This document shows positions 17,628-20,000 of a DNA stretch of 20,000 bases, one piece after another. The DNA is taken from sequence record SRR20825010_2423. One strand, 5' to 3'. The stretch's first letter is position 1. Every line of letters begins with the position of its first letter. The position numbers and the translations under genes are program-made. The notes beneath the pieces were generated by a model. The model saw nothing but the letters and a program-made list of their open reading frames with translations. It was not told the DNA's origin and made no database searches.

Positions 17628-19517
17628 TCAGAATGAGTAGGAAACGCTCGCACTCACGAAATCACGGTCGGTCAACTCGTTATACGGCTTGCCACCGAAA
17701 AAGTTTGTGTAACCGATATTACCGGTTATACGGTTTTGGTATACACCCTGAAGTGACAGGCCGATAGCCTTGTTGCCTTCGTTGAAGTTACCACCAGGCT
17801 GCGGCGCATAACCCTGAACGTCATGGCTCCAGGCCAACTGCGGCGACAGGTTGATACCAGCGATTGCGTTCGGGTAGTCCCAAACCAAGCGCGTGCGGTA
17901 GCCCCAGGAGAAGGATGTGGTAAAGCCTTCATTAGTACAGTAGCTGGCATTGATGTTGGCACCTGCCTCACAGAAATCACCCGTGAAGTTGGAACCTTCC
18001 ACCGGCAATGTACCGATACCAAAGGTACCTGAGCGACCGTAACGGGCTTCATCCTCGTCCGGAAGATCGTGAACGTAGGTGGCACCAAATTCCGTGATCA
18101 GGGAAAGGCGACTTGCCCCCATGACCTGGTCGAAGAACTTGATCAATGTGAACTGCGCCTGGGAAACGTTGAATCGGTCGTAACCGTCAACAGGCTTTCC
18201 TGCCAGGTTGGCTCCTCCGGATTCCTCAAGCCGCTGCTTTTCAAGCTTGCTTAGAATTTCCCCGTTCGGACCACGCTGCTGCAAACCACCATAGATCAGC
18301 TCAAACGCGTTCCACTGGAGCGGAACGTTATCACGGAAGCTGTACTCAGCACCCAGTGACCAACCACCCGGGGTGGTGGTATTGATACTGATACCATAGA
18401 GATTGATGTTTTCGGGATACTCAATGAAGTAGCTCGGAAACGTGGAGTTCGGTTCGTTCGGATCGTTCTGTTGGCTGCCGCTGGGTGAAGACGGGTTGTT
18501 CACCAAGCCACTGACATACGGCAGACGGCTGTTGTACTTGATGTAGTAGAAACCAAGCTCTGAGTCGTTCAGGGCTGGCACATACCAGCGCAGTGCGACA
18601 CCAAACTGGTCTTTGGAATCCGCCTCACGGTCCGCCAGACGAGGAGCAATGAACCCCTGCGCCGCCGCTTGGGAATCAGGCAACTGACCGGCCAACAAAA
18701 CCGGGCCACAGCCGTCAGCGGCAAAGTCGTTTGTCGAGAAGAATGTGCCGCAATCATCTGGGCGAACCGGCTCCCAGTCAGCTTGCACAAACGCTTCAAC
18801 AGTCACGTTTTCCGTAATACCCGCCGAGGCATAGAACATTTCAACAGGCAACAGCGCGTCTTTTAGTTCGGAGCCTGGTGCCCGGAAGGCAGGTACGTCG
18901 ACCGGGTTAATGGTATTGATACCGCCCTGGATGAACGTACTTTCACCCCAGCTCAACACCTGCTTGCCGTAACGGAGACTGACCGGAACATTACCAAAGT
19001 ACCAGTCCGAGAATACGTAGGCGTCAAGGATTTCACCGCCAGAGGCATTATCTTTGGCTTCGTCGTTCAGTTCACGGCGCTGACCGACGGGGTCCACGGC
19101 CCGGTTCTCATCTTTCAGTTCGAAGTCATACCAGTACCGACCACGAACAAAACCACCAACGCGAGTCAGCGTGTCGCTGTCTACGTTGTAGTTCAGGAAC
19201 AGCTCGCTGTTGCCTTTGACGATTTTGGAGTAGGTATCCCCTTTCTCGAAGTTGAGGTTACCGTCATCATAGTTGTTGGTGGACGCACCAACAGTGGTGT
19301 TTGCAAACTGTGGCCCCAAGTTACCCTGGGCAATCAACCTTCGGTCCTGTGACTCGGTACGCCAGCCAATGCCCGCCGACAGCGTCGTATTGAAAGAGGC
19401 TTCCACATCCCCCACGTAAAATGAATAGGCAGCTGCCTGCCCGGATACTCCGGCTGCAACCGCTACGGCCAGCGGCAACTTGGTCCACTGCTGCCATTGA
19501 TGTGTTTTTCTTGTCAT
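17628..19517 (-). CDS. DUF1302-family outer-membrane beta-barrel protein
   Basis: Signal peptide LPLAVAVAAGVSGQAAA, NYDDGNLNF, GKQVLSWGESTFIQGGIN, APGSELKD and C-terminal DRDFVSASVSYSF (terminal Phe). ATG 19517 chosen over 19628 because a GGAG lies 10 nt upstream and it yields a normal signal peptide. Confidence 0.9.
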   Translation of the reverse strand: MTRKTHQWQQWTKLPLAVAVAAGVSGQAAAYSFYVGDVEASFNTTLSAGIGWRTESQDRRLIAQGNLGPQFANTTVGASTNNYDDGNLNFEKGDTYSKIVKGNSELFLNYNVDSDTLTRVGGFVRGRYWYDFELKDENRAVDPVGQRRELNDEAKDNASGGEILDAYVFSDWYFGNVPVSLRYGKQVLSWGESTFIQGGINTINPVDVPAFRAPGSELKDALLPVEMFYASAGITENVTVEAFVQADWEPVRPDDCGTFFSTNDFAADGCGPVLLAGQLPDSQAAAQGFIAPRLADREADSKDQFGVALRWYVPALNDSELGFYYIKYNSRLPYVSGLVNNPSSPSGSQQNDPNEPNSTFPSYFIEYPENINLYGISINTTTPGGWSLGAEYSFRDNVPLQWNAFELIYGGLQQRGPNGEILSKLEKQRLEESGGANLAGKPVDGYDRFNVSQAQFTLIKFFDQVMGASRLSLITEFGATYVHDLPDEDEARYGRSGTFGIGTLPVEGSNFTGDFCEAGANINASYCTNEGFTTSFSWGYRTRLVWDYPNAIAGINLSPQLAWSHDVQGYAPQPGGNFNEGNKAIGLSLQGVYQNRITGNIGYTNFFGGKPYNELTDRDFVSASVSYSF

Positions 19518-19611
19518 TGGAAGGCTACTCCATTGTTGTTCTGAGTCGCTGCTCTGATTATTGGTGTTCACGATGTTTGGAGGCTTCATGCACAGTGCTC
19601 GTGATGTTGGC

Positions 19612-19657
19612 ACTATAGCTAACGCCATCGAACGCTTTGATCAGTCAAAAGTATGAT
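19612..19657 (-). promoter_or_regulatory. Candidate activator-dependent promoter of the DUF1302 operon
   Basis: -10 TATAGT (19617-19612), no consensus -35, and an imperfect palindrome ATCATAC-TTTT-GACTGAT (19657-19640) centred about -43.5. Confidence 0.4.
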
Positions 19658-19744
19658 TTTACGATTACGCCCCTCTCTGCGGCAGACTTCCCTCGCACTG
19701 ACTCACTATAGTCAACAAATTTGGATGCAACCAGCCGGCACAAA

Positions 19745-20000
<256 letters not shown>

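Noticed and set aside
19518..19628. N-terminal 37-aa extension of the DUF1302 ORF
   Set aside because: It overlaps the predicted promoter and leader. The downstream ATG 19517 has an SD and gives a normal signal peptide.
19700..19711. GACTCACTATAG, identical to the 3' 12 nt of the phage T7 promoter
   Set aside because: The upstream TAATAC is absent (CGCACT instead), and there is no vector or phage context. A chance match within a native palindrome is more likely.

Overview
A chromosomal housekeeping/cell-envelope region of a moderately GC-rich gammaproteobacterium; gene content and order suggest a Marinobacter-like organism (inference). Left to right: the first codons of a divergent pilin gene (pilA, minus strand, cut by the window edge) with a sigma-54 promoter, IHF site and upstream palindromes; pilB-pilC-pilD-coaE; trmO(tsaA) and an orphan hybrid histidine kinase lying between coaE and yacG; yacG; a YfaZ-family outer-membrane protein; a 737-aa lipoprotein of unknown function; a Bax-like glucosaminidase; a YihG/PlsC-family acyltransferase; and on the minus strand a thiolase (partial) - DUF1302 - DUF1329 - MalT-like LuxR regulator cluster. 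I see no mobile element, CRISPR array, rRNA or tRNA. The best leads are: the poorly characterised DUF1302/DUF1329/STAND-regulator lipid-uptake module with a candidate activator box at about -43.5 and a Walker B Asp->Asn change in the regulator; the unknown lipoprotein with apparent internal beta-domain repeats next to YfaZ; and the orphan kinase with a non-canonical H-box inside the pilus/CoA operon. All family assignments come from motif recognition by eye, not database searches.
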